Below are positions 27,349-36,790 of a DNA stretch of 64,000 bases, piece after piece. The notes under the pieces are model-generated. The model saw only the letters and a list, made by a program, of their open reading frames with translations, was not told where the DNA came from and made no database searches. Location: NCBI GenBank assembly GCA_025928645.1, contig JAICJD010000001.1:24108-88107 (forward strand), given 5' to 3'. The stretch is from Gemmatimonadales bacterium. GTDB taxonomy: Bacteria > Gemmatimonadota > Gemmatimonadetes > Gemmatimonadales > GWC2-71-9. A program made the translations under genes and the position numbers. Every line of letters begins with the position of its first letter. The first letter of the stretch is position 1.

Positions 27349-28093
27349 AGCCGATGGCGTAGACGATGGCGGCCTGCGCGGCGGTCGCGCCGAACAGGGT
27401 GGGCGACGGCCACTGGCCGCCGTACAGGACGTCCTGATACAGCGTGAGCAGCCCGGCGACCGGGTTCAGGAAGTAGACCATGCGAGCCGACGCCGGCACC
27501 ATGCTCGCGGGGTAGAAGACGGGCGAGAGGTAGAACAGCGATGTGAGCGCGATGGGGAGCGCGTGGTAGACGTCATGGTAGAACACCGAGAGCGTGGCGA
27601 TCGGCAGCGACAGGCCGATCGCGATCACGAGCTGGATCAGGATCAGCACCGGCAGCATGGCGTAGCTCGCCGGCACGCCGTGATGGTGCACCAGCACCAG
27701 CACCAGGAGAACGAGCGAGATCTCGGCCACGAACTCGAGCAGCCGCGAGCCTGCCGCGCTGAAGACCAGAATTTCGCTCGGGAAGGCGACGCTGCGCGTC
27801 AGGCGGGAGTGCTCGGCGAAGATCCAGGTCCCCGTGGTCAGCGTCTGCAGCGTGAAGTTCCAGACGAAATAGCCGCTGAGGAGGAACGCCCAGTAGTCCG
27901 GCACCCGGATGCGGACCACGTGGCTGAACACCACCACGAGGATGGTGACCGTGAGCAGCGGATTGACCAGCGTCCACACGAAGCCCAGCAGCGAGCGCTG
28001 GTACTTGACCTTGAGGTTGCGCACCACGAGGCCGCGAAGCAGCTCGCGGAAGCGCCACACCTGATAGACCCGGCCTGAGGCGGCGTTCACCAT
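27302..28093 (-). CDS. ABC-2 type transporter permease (Wzm type)
   Basis: Start set to the ATG at 28091-28093 (MVNAASGRVYQVWRFRELLRGLVVRNLKVKYQRSLLGFVWT, a typical ABC-2 N-terminus). Six hydrophobic segments. The upstream part of the track ORF is Arg/Gly/Ala-rich. Confidence 0.8.
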   Translation of the reverse strand: MVNAASGRVYQVWRFRELLRGLVVRNLKVKYQRSLLGFVWTLVNPLLTVTILVVVFSHVVRIRVPDYWAFLLSGYFVWNFTLQTLTTGTWIFAEHSRLTRSVAFPSEILVFSAAGSRLLEFVAEISLVLLVLVLVHHHGVPASYAMLPVLILIQLVIAIGLSLPIATLSVFYHDVYHALPIALTSLFYLSPVFYPASMVPASARMVYFLNPVAGLLTLYQDVLYGGQWPSPTLFGATAAQAAIVYAIGYAVFHRYASVFAEVV

Positions 28094-29055
28094 GCGCGGG
28101 CCTCCCGACGGATCCGCGCCAGCCGCCGGGCCCGCGGATAGGCGACCAACCCTACCCAGCAGTTCCACCACATGCTGGCCAGCACGGGGGCCGGCAGCGG
28201 GTCCCGGCCCAGCATCCGGCGCACCAGCCGCACGCCGGGCTTGACCAGACGCCAGGCGACGTAGCCGGCCAGGGCCCCCCGCGCGCGCCCGCGGCGCGCC
28301 ACGTGCTTCGCGAGGAACGCGAGCAGGGCTCGCTGATGCCCCACGATCTGCCCGTGCGCGCTGACCGCGCCGGAGCGGTGCTCGTGCCATGCGAGCGCCG
28401 CGGGCTCGTAGACCACGGAATGCCCCCCCTCCAGCGCGCGCCACAGGAGGTCGTGATCGCCGCCGCCCGGCAGGGCCGTGCCGAGGTCGAGCGCCTCGTC
28501 GAAGCCGCCGAGGGCGAGCGCCGTCTCGCGGCGGACCGCGTAGCTGCAGCCGCTGCCCACGCTCACCGCCCACGCGATGAGCGGCGCTGCTTTCCCGTGC
28601 AGCGGCTGCCGCGCGTCGGCAGGCAGGCGAATTCGGCGCTCGCCGCGGGAGAACCCGCCGTTGGCTTCGAATACCCGCTCGCCCTCGGTGCCGGCGCCGA
28701 GCGCCTCGACCCGGCCGGTGCAGACCGCCACATCCGGCTCCGCGGCGAACACCGCGCCGATCGCCCGGGCCCCGCCGGCGTCGGCCACGGCGTCGTCGTC
28801 CAGGAACGCGACGACGTCACCCGTGGCGCTCGCGAGCGCCCGGTTCCGCGCGAAGTCGAGCCCCTGCGCCGGCTCCCGCACGTAGCGCACGCCCGGATAC
28901 CGGCTGGCGACGAGCTCGCGGGTCGCCTCGTCGGGCGGCGCGTTGTCGACGACGAGGATTTCGTGGACGGGCGGCTGCTGGGCCAGCAGCGAGTCCAGCG
29001 TTCGCGCGAGCGTGTCCGGCCGGGCGCGGGTGCATACGGCCACGCTCATTCCCAT
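28087..29055 (-). CDS. GT2 family glycosyltransferase
   Basis: MSVAVCTRARPDTLARTLDSL, VVDNAPPDE, and VREPAQGLDFARNRALASATGDVVAFLDDDAV. The start is the ATG at 29053-29055, or the ATG two codons downstream. Confidence 0.8.
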   Translation of the reverse strand: MGMSVAVCTRARPDTLARTLDSLLAQQPPVHEILVVDNAPPDEATRELVASRYPGVRYVREPAQGLDFARNRALASATGDVVAFLDDDAVADAGGARAIGAVFAAEPDVAVCTGRVEALGAGTEGERVFEANGGFSRGERRIRLPADARQPLHGKAAPLIAWAVSVGSGCSYAVRRETALALGGFDEALDLGTALPGGGDHDLLWRALEGGHSVVYEPAALAWHEHRSGAVSAHGQIVGHQRALLAFLAKHVARRGRARGALAGYVAWRLVKPGVRLVRRMLGRDPLPAPVLASMWWNCWVGLVAYPRARRLARIRREARAW

Positions 29056-30029
29056 CGCGCGCGCGCCTCCGCCGCGGCAGGTCCGAAGCGCATCCAGCGA
29101 ATCGCCCCCGCGACCAGCCCCGCGGAATAGGCGGCTCGAGCCGCGAGCACCCACGGGAGCATGAGCAGGGGCTCCGCCACCCCGGCCCGCAGCCAGCAGC
29201 CCACGATGTAGGCGGCGCTGCCCACCGCGAGCGGTGCGCTCCCCAGCACGAGCAGGCCCGGATAGCGGTACACCCAGGCGAGCCGTGCCGCGCCCGTCGG
29301 CGCCTTGCTCTCGATTGCGCTGAAGCCCCAGCGGTAGTTGCGGCGGAGCAGATTCCTGAAGCCGGGTCGGTTGTAGTGATACACGATGGCCCGAGGCTCG
29401 AACCGGATGCGGCCGCCGCGCCGCCGGACCGCCGCCTGCCAAGCCAGCTCCTCGTGGGCGTAGGCGACCGGTTGCTGCTCGGTGAACCCCGGGCCCGCCG
29501 CGAAATCGGCGCGCCGGACACTCAGGTTGCCCGGTGGGTGGTTGGGCACGTCCCCCGCCGGCCGGCGAGAGTGCACGTGATACCAGCCGCAGTAGTAGTC
29601 GCAGCGGGCCGTGGCGGGCAGTCCGTCGGGCAAGTCGAGCGCGCCGCCGACCACGGCGGCGCCGTCCTCGTGTCCGGCCAGGAGAGCGGCGAGCCAGCCC
29701 GGCGCGGGAAGGCAGTCGGCGTCGAGAAAGATCAGCGGGTCGCCACCCGCGGCGAGCGCTCCCCGGTTCCGGGCGAGCGCGGGATTGCCGCCGCGCGGTC
29801 CCGGCTCCAGCCTGACCACCCGCGCACCCGCCAACCGGGACGCCTCTGCGGTCTCGTCGCCGGAGCCGTCGTCCACCACGATCACCTCGAGGCGCCAGCG
29901 GTCGGGCGCCTGCGCCAGCACCGCGCTGACCAGCCGGCCGATGGTGCGGGATTCGTTGCGGGCCGGAATGATGATCGACGCGAGTCGGGCCGGGGCGGCC
30001 GGCGCCGGCTCAGCGGCCGGCGAGGGCAT
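29046..30029 (-). CDS. GT2 family glycosyltransferase
   Basis: ASIIIPARNE, VIVVDDGSGDET, NPALARNRGA, IFLDADCL. Start set to the ATG at 30027-30029 (MPSPAAEP…). Confidence 0.75.
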   Translation of the reverse strand: MPSPAAEPAPAAPARLASIIIPARNESRTIGRLVSAVLAQAPDRWRLEVIVVDDGSGDETAEASRLAGARVVRLEPGPRGGNPALARNRGALAAGGDPLIFLDADCLPAPGWLAALLAGHEDGAAVVGGALDLPDGLPATARCDYYCGWYHVHSRRPAGDVPNHPPGNLSVRRADFAAGPGFTEQQPVAYAHEELAWQAAVRRRGGRIRFEPRAIVYHYNRPGFRNLLRRNYRWGFSAIESKAPTGAARLAWVYRYPGLLVLGSAPLAVGSAAYIVGCWLRAGVAEPLLMLPWVLAARAAYSAGLVAGAIRWMRFGPAAAEARARWE

Positions 30030-31356
30030 GCCGTTCGAGCTCGGCGTAGAGCGAGGCGACCGAGTCGCGGAACCGAACCCAGCCCAGGTGGGTCGTGGCA
30101 TAGTGGCGGCCGGCGGCGGCGAGGCGGCGTGCCCGCGCCGCGTCGCCCAGCACGGAGATGATCCCTTCGGCCAGCGCCTCCGTGCGGGGGGCGACGAGCA
30201 CGGCGCGCTCCTCGGAGAGGACGCTCCGGTGGGTCGGGATATCGGTGGCGACGATCGGCCGGTCGGCGGCCAGGTAGTCGAAGATCTTGAGCGGAAGGTT
30301 ACCGCCGTAGGCGCGGGGGGACACCAGCACGTCCGCCAGACCGAGGAAGGCCGGCATCTCGTCCCGCGGCTGGCGCTCCACGATGCGCAGCGCGCCGGCC
30401 GCGATGAGCGGCTGGGCCGGCGCCAGCACCTCGCTCGACCCGTCGGCGCCCACGAACACGAACACGGCGGCCGGGTAGCATGCGCGCACCGCCGGAATAG
30501 CGCCGATCAGCTCGGGGAGCCCCTGATACGCTTCGAACGTCCCGCTGTACAGCACGACGGGCGACGCGGGATCGATGCCAAGCCGCGCCCGGAGCGCTTC
30601 CACCGTGCGCCGCTCGGCGTGACGAGGCGCGCTGGGGAAGTGCCACTCGCGTACCGGGACGTCCGGCGCCGTGGCCCGGACCCTTGCCGCCAGACCCGCG
30701 CTCGTCACGATCAGGCTCGAGTGCCGAACCAGCCAGCGCTCGGCGCGCTCGAGCAGCCGGCGCGCCGGGCCGGTCCGGAAGCCCGGCAGCCGTGAGAGCT
30801 GCTCCGGAAGGCTCGACTGCATGTCGTACAGCACCGGCACACCGTGCCTTCGAGCGAGGATCACCGCCGGGAATGCCGCCTCCTCGACGGCGTGGACCGC
30901 GAGGTATCGCTCACGCACGAGCCGGGCGCGCAAGGCCGCCACCAGCGAGACGTCCAGCACGAGCTTCCTCACCGACAGGCCGACCGGCACGGAGCGGTAG
31001 CCCAGCGGATTGCCCGCCCTGAAAATACGCAATCCAGGGTACTCGACGTCGGTGCCTATCGGGTAGGTCAGGAGGTCGACCGGGCGTCCGATCTCGCTCA
31101 GCGCCTGAAGCACCTGGCGCAGGGCGATGGGCGTTCCCCGGTCCTGATAAAACGGCTGCGGCGCGACCACCAGAACCCGGTCCCCGGGGCCTTCCGCCAG
31201 TCCCCGGGCGAACCTCCCCAATCTTCCGCCCGCAGCTTCAGGACGGCGAGTCGGCTGGTTCAGGAGGGCGCCTGGGGGGCCGCGGTCATCAGCTTGGGTC
31301 ACGCCGATCTCCGAGGAGGTCAACTGGCGAAGCTGCAACGGCTTGCCGACGGCCAT
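30010..31356 (-). CDS. GT4 (GT-B fold) glycosyltransferase
   Basis: VLVVAPQPFYQDRGTPIA at the N-terminus. The C-terminal half has LYSGTFEAYQGLPELI, FVFVGADG and PRAYGGNLPLKIFDYLAADRPIVATD, as in the glycosyl transferases group 1 family. It is the first gene of the minus-strand locus. Confidence 0.75.
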   Translation of the reverse strand: MAVGKPLQLRQLTSSEIGVTQADDRGPPGALLNQPTRRPEAAGGRLGRFARGLAEGPGDRVLVVAPQPFYQDRGTPIALRQVLQALSEIGRPVDLLTYPIGTDVEYPGLRIFRAGNPLGYRSVPVGLSVRKLVLDVSLVAALRARLVRERYLAVHAVEEAAFPAVILARRHGVPVLYDMQSSLPEQLSRLPGFRTGPARRLLERAERWLVRHSSLIVTSAGLAARVRATAPDVPVREWHFPSAPRHAERRTVEALRARLGIDPASPVVLYSGTFEAYQGLPELIGAIPAVRACYPAAVFVFVGADGSSEVLAPAQPLIAAGALRIVERQPRDEMPAFLGLADVLVSPRAYGGNLPLKIFDYLAADRPIVATDIPTHRSVLSEERAVLVAPRTEALAEGIISVLGDAARARRLAAAGRHYATTHLGWVRFRDSVASLYAELERHALAGR

Positions 31357-31467
31357 CCGCGACGGTGTCCGCCACGGCAGGGCCGGTTCGGCAGGGCAAT
31401 ATAGAGAGGCACCGTGAACCTTAGCGTGATGCAGGCCCGGTGGGGAGCAAAATCCTTGCCCTTGAAC

Positions 31468-32133
31468 CTAGACCGTACTGGAAGGGCAGATGTCGGACAG
31501 GACGCACTCGCCGCAGCGCGGCCGCCGGGCGACGCAGATCTGGCGTCCGTGGAAGATCAGCAGATGGGACAGCAGGCCCCAGTGCTCACGGGGAAACAAC
31601 GGCATCAGGTCCCGCTCGATCTTGACCGGGTCGTCCTCCCGAGTGAGACCAAGCCGCTGGCTCACGCGGGTGACGTGGGTATCCACGGTGACCCCTTCAT
31701 TGATGCCGAAGGCGTTTCCGAGGACGACGTTCGCCGTCTTGCGGCCGACGCCGGGAAGCCCGCGCAGCTGCTCCATGGTGCGGGGGACGTCCCCGCCATA
31801 TTCGGCGACGAGTGCCTGGGCCATACCGATCAGGCTGCGGGTCTTGTTACGAAAGAAGCCGGTGGACTGGATGATCTTCTCGACCTCCGACGGCCTGGCG
31901 CGCGCCAGGCCGTCGGGCGTGGGATACTTCGCGAACAACACCGGCGTCACCAGGTTCACGCGCGCGTCGGTGCACTGGGCGGAGAGGATGGTTGCGGCCA
32001 GGAGCTCGTAGGCGTCGCGATAGTCGAGCGCGCAGCGGGCGTCGGGATACGCGGCGCGCAGTCGGGTGAGGATCTCGGGCGCGCGCGCCGCGGCGCTGCC
32101 GGTCCGTCTTGCGCGGCGGACCTTGGGCGTCAC
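31468..32133 (-). CDS. nth: Endonuclease III (DNA-(apurinic or apyrimidinic site) lyase)
   Basis: HhH-GPD LPGVGRKTANVVLGNAFG and the Fe-S cluster loop CVARRPRCGECVLSDIC. Its start overlaps the polX stop by 4 nt. Confidence 0.9.
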   Translation of the reverse strand: MTPKVRRARRTGSAAARAPEILTRLRAAYPDARCALDYRDAYELLAATILSAQCTDARVNLVTPVLFAKYPTPDGLARARPSEVEKIIQSTGFFRNKTRSLIGMAQALVAEYGGDVPRTMEQLRGLPGVGRKTANVVLGNAFGINEGVTVDTHVTRVSQRLGLTREDDPVKIERDLMPLFPREHWGLLSHLLIFHGRQICVARRPRCGECVLSDICPSSTV

Positions 32134-33848
32134 GCGCGCTGCCGCCGGATCGCCAGGAACTCTTCCACCGGCCGCGCGTTGAGCACGTCGGCCGGCCCGA
32201 GCCAGGCCTTGCGGGCCACGTGCACGCCGTAGGTCACGTTGTCGATTCCGGCCACGCTGTGGGCGTCCGCCCCGATGGAAAACCGCACGCCGCGTTCGCG
32301 GGCACGCCGGGCATGCCGCCAGTCCAGATCGAGCCGGTGAGGGTCGGCGTTGATCTCCAGCGCGACGCCGGTGGCGGCGGCCTTATCGATCACGGCGTCC
32401 AGGTCCAGACCGTACGGGTCCCGCGAGAGCAGCAGACGGCCGGTCGGGTGGCCGATGATCGTGAGGTGCGGGTTGTCCATGGCGGTCAGGAGCCGCGCCG
32501 TCATCTCGCGCTCGCCCATGTTGAACCGGGTGTGAATCGAGGCGATCACGAAGTCCAGCCGGGCCAGCACCTCCTCATCGAAGTCGATCCGGCCGTCCTG
32601 CAGGATGTCGGCCTCGACGCCCTTGAGCACGCGGATCCCCTCGAGCCTGGCATTGACCTCGTCGATCTCGTCCGACTGGCGGGCCAGGTCCTCGGGCCGG
32701 AGGCCGCCGGCGTAGGCCGCCGCCTGGCTGTGGTCGGTGATGCCGATGTAGCCGTATCCGGCTTCGCGGCAGGCCAGCGCCAGCTGCTCGATCGTGTTGG
32801 AGCCATCCGAATAGCGCGTGTGGCAGTGCAGGAACCCGCGCAGATCCTCGCGCGCCACGAGGCGGGGCAGCCGGTGCTCCGCGGCCGCGTCCACCTCACC
32901 CATGCCTTCGCGCAGCTCGGCCGGGATCACATCGAGACCGAGGGCAGTGTAGAAGGTGGCCTCGTCGGATGTAGGGACGAATGTGCTGCCGCGCCAGAGG
33001 GCGGCGCCCGTGAGCGCGAACTCGCGCTCGGCGGCGTGGGCCGCGACCTGACGCAGGTGGGCCTCGCTTCCGGTCGCCTGTACGAGGACGGCGCCGAAAT
33101 TGACGGGAGTCGTCACCACGATCTGCGCGCTCGCCCCGCCGGCGAAGCGCAGCGTCATCCGCCGGTCGTCCTGCCCCGCGAACTCGTGCACGCCGGGGAG
33201 CTGGCTCAGCCGCTTGAACAGCTCGGCCGGCGCGATATCGGCCACGACCACGAGCACCACGTCGCGCACGACCTCGACGCGGCGGCGCACGTCGCCTGCC
33301 ACCACCGCCTTGAGCACGCCGGGCAGCCGCTGGAACGCCGCGCAGAGCCCCTCGGCCTCGTCGGCGGCGTGGTGCAGCAGGCGGAAGGCGCTTGCCTGCC
33401 GCAGGTAGGCGATGCCCTTGAGGATGTTCTCGCTCGTCTTGGGGCCGAACCGCGGCAGCTTGGCCAGCCGGCCGTCCAGCGCGGCGGCCTCGAGCTCCGG
33501 GATCGAGTCGATGTCGAGCACCTCGTGGATCTGCCGGATCTTGGCCACGCCCAGCCCGGAAATGTCCAGCATCTCCACCAGGCCCGGCGGGATCTGCTCA
33601 CGCAGCTCCTCGAGCATGCTGGCGCGGCCGCTGGCGACGATCTCGGAGACGATCTGAAGCGTGGCCGGGCCGACGCCCTTGGTGCTCGCGAGACCCCCGT
33701 CTTCGAGGCCCTCCCGCAGGTCGCCCGGAAAGCTGCCCACGGCGCGGGCCGCCGTGCGGAAGGCGCGGATGCGGAAGGGATTCTCGCCCTTGAGTTCCAG
33801 GAACGCGGCGATCTGCTCGAGTACCTGCGCGACCGCCTTCTTGTCCAT
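32130..33848 (-). CDS. polX: DNA polymerase/3'-5' exonuclease PolX (Pol-beta-like domain plus PHP domain)
   Basis: N-terminus MDKKAVAQVLEQIAAFLELKGENPFRIRAFRTAARAV and HhH GVGPATLQIV. C-terminal PHP motifs LHCHTRYSDG, ITDHS and SIGADAH. Start placed at Met95 of the track ORF by frame arithmetic; the upstream 94 codons are Arg-rich. Confidence 0.85.
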   Translation of the reverse strand: MDKKAVAQVLEQIAAFLELKGENPFRIRAFRTAARAVGSFPGDLREGLEDGGLASTKGVGPATLQIVSEIVASGRASMLEELREQIPPGLVEMLDISGLGVAKIRQIHEVLDIDSIPELEAAALDGRLAKLPRFGPKTSENILKGIAYLRQASAFRLLHHAADEAEGLCAAFQRLPGVLKAVVAGDVRRRVEVVRDVVLVVVADIAPAELFKRLSQLPGVHEFAGQDDRRMTLRFAGGASAQIVVTTPVNFGAVLVQATGSEAHLRQVAAHAAEREFALTGAALWRGSTFVPTSDEATFYTALGLDVIPAELREGMGEVDAAAEHRLPRLVAREDLRGFLHCHTRYSDGSNTIEQLALACREAGYGYIGITDHSQAAAYAGGLRPEDLARQSDEIDEVNARLEGIRVLKGVEADILQDGRIDFDEEVLARLDFVIASIHTRFNMGEREMTARLLTAMDNPHLTIIGHPTGRLLLSRDPYGLDLDAVIDKAAATGVALEINADPHRLDLDWRHARRARERGVRFSIGADAHSVAGIDNVTYGVHVARKAWLGPADVLNARPVEEFLAIRRQRA

Positions 33849-33868
33849 GAAGCTGCGCACGGCGTCCG

Positions 33869-34528
33869 TCACGAGGGCACCGCCATGTCCGCGGCCAGCG
33901 CCCGGGTGCGCCAGCCGAGCTCGAGCAGCTCCTCGGCGCCCACGAGCGAATGCAGGCCCGCCGCGGCGCCGCCGGCCAGCACCGGCGAGAACAGGGGGGA
34001 GCCGTCGGACCGCTCGAGCGCGTGAGGGCGCGGGCCAGCGGTCTCGACCGCGCTGAAGCCGTCGCGGTCGGGCCGGAGACCGAAGATGCCGAGGACGCGC
34101 AGCTCGTCGCCGGTCGTGGACACGAAGCACCCGTCCATCGGCTCGGCCGGTAGTTGATCTACCACGCGGGCCCAGACCTGGCGATCCTCGAACTGGGCGT
34201 AGTATGCCCGCGGCGCGCGGTCGCCGAGGTCGGACGGCGGCGCGTCGAACAGGGCGGCCGCCTGGTCGGCGGACACCGGCAGCGTGAGCTGACCGGCATC
34301 CCAGTAGCGATAGGCGTGGTGGAGCAGCGCGACGAGCTGATCCATGCCCTCCCCGATACCCTCCTCGGGTCTCAGGTCGTGCAGGAGCGAAACGACTTCC
34401 GGGACCATCAGGAAGCCGTCGCGCTCGGCGGGGTCCTGGCCGGCCCGCTCGAGGGCCGCCCGAACGGCGGGGAACACGGTCTCGGCGGCCCGGGTGAAGA
34501 CGAGGTCGAAGGGCGTCGGCCGGGGCAT
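33869..34528 (-). CDS. Hypothetical protein
   Basis: Protein-like 219-aa ORF from the ATG at 34526-34528 (MPRPTPFDLVFTRAAETVF…). I recognise no motif. Confidence 0.45.
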   Translation of the reverse strand: MPRPTPFDLVFTRAAETVFPAVRAALERAGQDPAERDGFLMVPEVVSLLHDLRPEEGIGEGMDQLVALLHHAYRYWDAGQLTLPVSADQAAALFDAPPSDLGDRAPRAYYAQFEDRQVWARVVDQLPAEPMDGCFVSTTGDELRVLGIFGLRPDRDGFSAVETAGPRPHALERSDGSPLFSPVLAGGAAAGLHSLVGAEELLELGWRTRALAADMAVPS

Positions 34529-34572
34529 GGAGGGAAGATAGCCCGGCCGCCGAAGGTCCGGCGGCGTGTCTG

Positions 34573-35418
34573 CTACGCCAGGAAGCCCCCGATGACCGCG
34601 CGGAACTCCTTGGGGGCCTCGACGTACGGCACGTGCCCGCAACGGGGAACGGGGTGAAACTCGCCGCCGATCAGCTCGGCCGTGGTCCGTGCGGCCTCGA
34701 GGGGGATCGGATCGTCCTCGCCGTGCAGCACCAGCGAGGGGACCTCGCGCAGGCGAGGGAGGCTGGGGCGCAGGTCGTAGTCGCCCAGGCTCTGCCAGAC
34801 CTCCTGCTGGGTTCGCCCCGTCACCCGGAAGGGCGTGAGATCGCGGGACTTCGCCGGATCGAAGAAGTAGGGCGCCACCGACAGCTCGAAGATCCGCTGC
34901 TGAAACGCCGCGGGATCATGCTCCCGCAGTCCGCTTTCGCGGAGACGGCGGCGCTCCTCCTGGAACAGCGGGTCCAGGTTTCGCTGAGCGAAGCGCGCCT
35001 CGAAGCGCTGCCGCGCGGCGCGCCAGCTCGGCGCGGACGAGACGAGCGCGAGCCGCGTGAGCCGCCCAGGATGCTGCACCGCGTAGAGCAGCGCGAGCAG
35101 ACCGCCCCACGAGTATCCCACAACGGTCATCCGCTCGAGGCCCCAGCGCTCCCGCAGCGCCTCGAGGTCCGCCACCTGCTCGGTCCAGCCCACCGGCACG
35201 TCCCGAGGAACGGGTGACCGGCCGCCGCCCCGCTGGTCGTAGTAGACGAGCTCCCGGCCATCCGCCAGCGCGTCGAAGCCCGGGCGGAGGTACTCGTGGT
35301 CGGCGCCCGGCCCCCCGTGGAGCACGACGACCGGCGTCCCCGCTCCGACCCGGCGGACGAACAGCTCCAGGCCGCGGATGGAGACGAGCTCGGTCCGGCC
35401 TTCCAGCGTCTCAGGCAT
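34573..35418 (-). CDS. Alpha/beta hydrolase (proline iminopeptidase-like)
   Basis: VVVLHGGPG, YDQRGGGRS, nucleophile elbow GYSWGG, and a C-terminal CGHVPYVE. Confidence 0.8.
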   Translation of the reverse strand: MPETLEGRTELVSIRGLELFVRRVGAGTPVVVLHGGPGADHEYLRPGFDALADGRELVYYDQRGGGRSPVPRDVPVGWTEQVADLEALRERWGLERMTVVGYSWGGLLALLYAVQHPGRLTRLALVSSAPSWRAARQRFEARFAQRNLDPLFQEERRRLRESGLREHDPAAFQQRIFELSVAPYFFDPAKSRDLTPFRVTGRTQQEVWQSLGDYDLRPSLPRLREVPSLVLHGEDDPIPLEAARTTAELIGGEFHPVPRCGHVPYVEAPKEFRAVIGGFLA

Positions 35419-36310
35419 ACGCCGCGAGCGCCGCCCCGACCATCGTGCCCTGGATGTCGATCACGTCCTCGAGCCGGCGAGCGTACCCGCCGGCCATGGT
35501 CACCACCAGCGGGATGCCCCGGTGACGAACGGCCTGAAAGACGCGGGCATCCCGCCGGGCGAGCCCCGTCTTGCTCAGGCCGAGCCGGCCGAACCGGTCG
35601 TGCACGAAGGGATCGGCGCCGCCGAGGTAGAACACGAGCTCGGGCCGCGCCGCGTCGAGTGCGGGCTCGAGATGCGCGTCGAGCGCGGCCAGATAGGCCG
35701 CGTCGTCACACCCGTCGTCGAGCTCGACGTCAAGCGTGCTCCTCTCCTTGCGGAAGGGAAAGTTGCGGGCGCCGTGCAGCGAGAACGTGTACACGTCGGG
35801 GTCGCCCGCGAAGATGCGCGCCGTCCCGTTCCCCTGGTGCACGTCCACATCGACCACCGCCGCCCTGGTGAGCCTCCCCTCGCGCTGCAGCACCCGCACG
35901 GCCACCGCGACGTCGTTGAAGACGCAGAATCCCTCCCCGTGCCCGGCGAAGGCGTGGTGCGTGCCCCCCGCCAGCGTCACGCCGAGGCCGCCGTCGAGCG
36001 CGTCCCTGGCGGCCTCGATCGTCGCCTGCACGGTTCGCAGCGAGCGCTCCCGGAGCTCGGCGCTCCAGGGGAGACCGAGCCGGCGGACCTCGGTTGGTGC
36101 CAGCGAACCGTCCAGCACCGCGTCCACGTAGGCCGCCGTGTGCACCAGCTCGAGTGCCCAGCGCTCGACCCGGTCGGGCTCTTCGATGGCGTCGTCGGGA
36201 AGGAGCCCGCGCGCGATCACCTCGTCGCGAAGACGGGCGTACTTGATCAGGGGAAACCGGTGCCCATAAGGCAGAGCGAAGCTGAATCGGGCGGACGACC
36301 ACGCGCGCAC
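35411..36310 (-). CDS. Histone deacetylase-family amidohydrolase
   Basis: LAGGTHHAFAGHGEGFCVFND, VDVDVHQGNGT and FYLGGADP are typical of the HDAC/AcuC family. Confidence 0.85.
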   Translation of the reverse strand: MRAWSSARFSFALPYGHRFPLIKYARLRDEVIARGLLPDDAIEEPDRVERWALELVHTAAYVDAVLDGSLAPTEVRRLGLPWSAELRERSLRTVQATIEAARDALDGGLGVTLAGGTHHAFAGHGEGFCVFNDVAVAVRVLQREGRLTRAAVVDVDVHQGNGTARIFAGDPDVYTFSLHGARNFPFRKERSTLDVELDDGCDDAAYLAALDAHLEPALDAARPELVFYLGGADPFVHDRFGRLGLSKTGLARRDARVFQAVRHRGIPLVVTMAGGYARRLEDVIDIQGTMVGAALAAYA

Positions 36311-36313
36311 GGA

Positions 36314-36790
36314 TCAGAGCAGCACGGCCAGGGCGTCGGCCACCTTGCGCACCTCGGCTTCTTCGTCCGCCGTGAACGGGTCGGGCACGTCGCTGTCCAC
36401 GTCGATCTGGCCCAGGATGGTCGCGCCGCGCCGGATGAGCACGACCAGCTCCGACCGGGTCCATGCGTTGCAGGCGATGTAGTTCTCGATGGCGCGCACG
36501 TCGGGCACGTTCTGGTCCTGCCCGGTGCTGACCGCGGTGCCGCAGACGCCATGACCCACGGCGATCCGGGTGTGCTCGGTGTCCCGGCCGGCGTGCGACT
36601 CGAGCTCGAGCTGGTCGCCGTGCAGCATGTAGAGGTACACCGACGTGTACGGCGCCCCGGCCGCGCGGATCCGCTCCGCCGCCAGCCGCAGCAGCTCGGC
36701 CCGGCCCACATCGCGGGCAAAGGCGCCGCGCAGCGCGGCGATGACGCGGTCGGCTTCGAGCACGGGCACGTCAGCCTCCCCGTTGCGCAA
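36314..36790 (-). CDS. GAF domain protein (free methionine-R-sulfoxide reductase-like)
   Basis: GVCGTAVSTGQDQNVPDVRAIENYIACNAWTRSELVVLI resembles the fRMsr/GAF core (…GVCG…HIACD..S.SEIVVP). Confidence 0.75.
   Translation of the reverse strand: MRNGEADVPVLEADRVIAALRGAFARDVGRAELLRLAAERIRAAGAPYTSVYLYMLHGDQLELESHAGRDTEHTRIAVGHGVCGTAVSTGQDQNVPDVRAIENYIACNAWTRSELVVLIRRGATILGQIDVDSDVPDPFTADEEAEVRKVADALAVLL

Noticed and set aside
31398-31403. An isolated TATATT hexamer (minus strand) 41 nt upstream of the first gene of the glycan locus, considered as a -10 box.
   Set aside because: It is striking in GC-rich DNA, but there is no acceptable -35 element at 16-18 nt (TTCACG is only 9 nt away). It is noted but not called.
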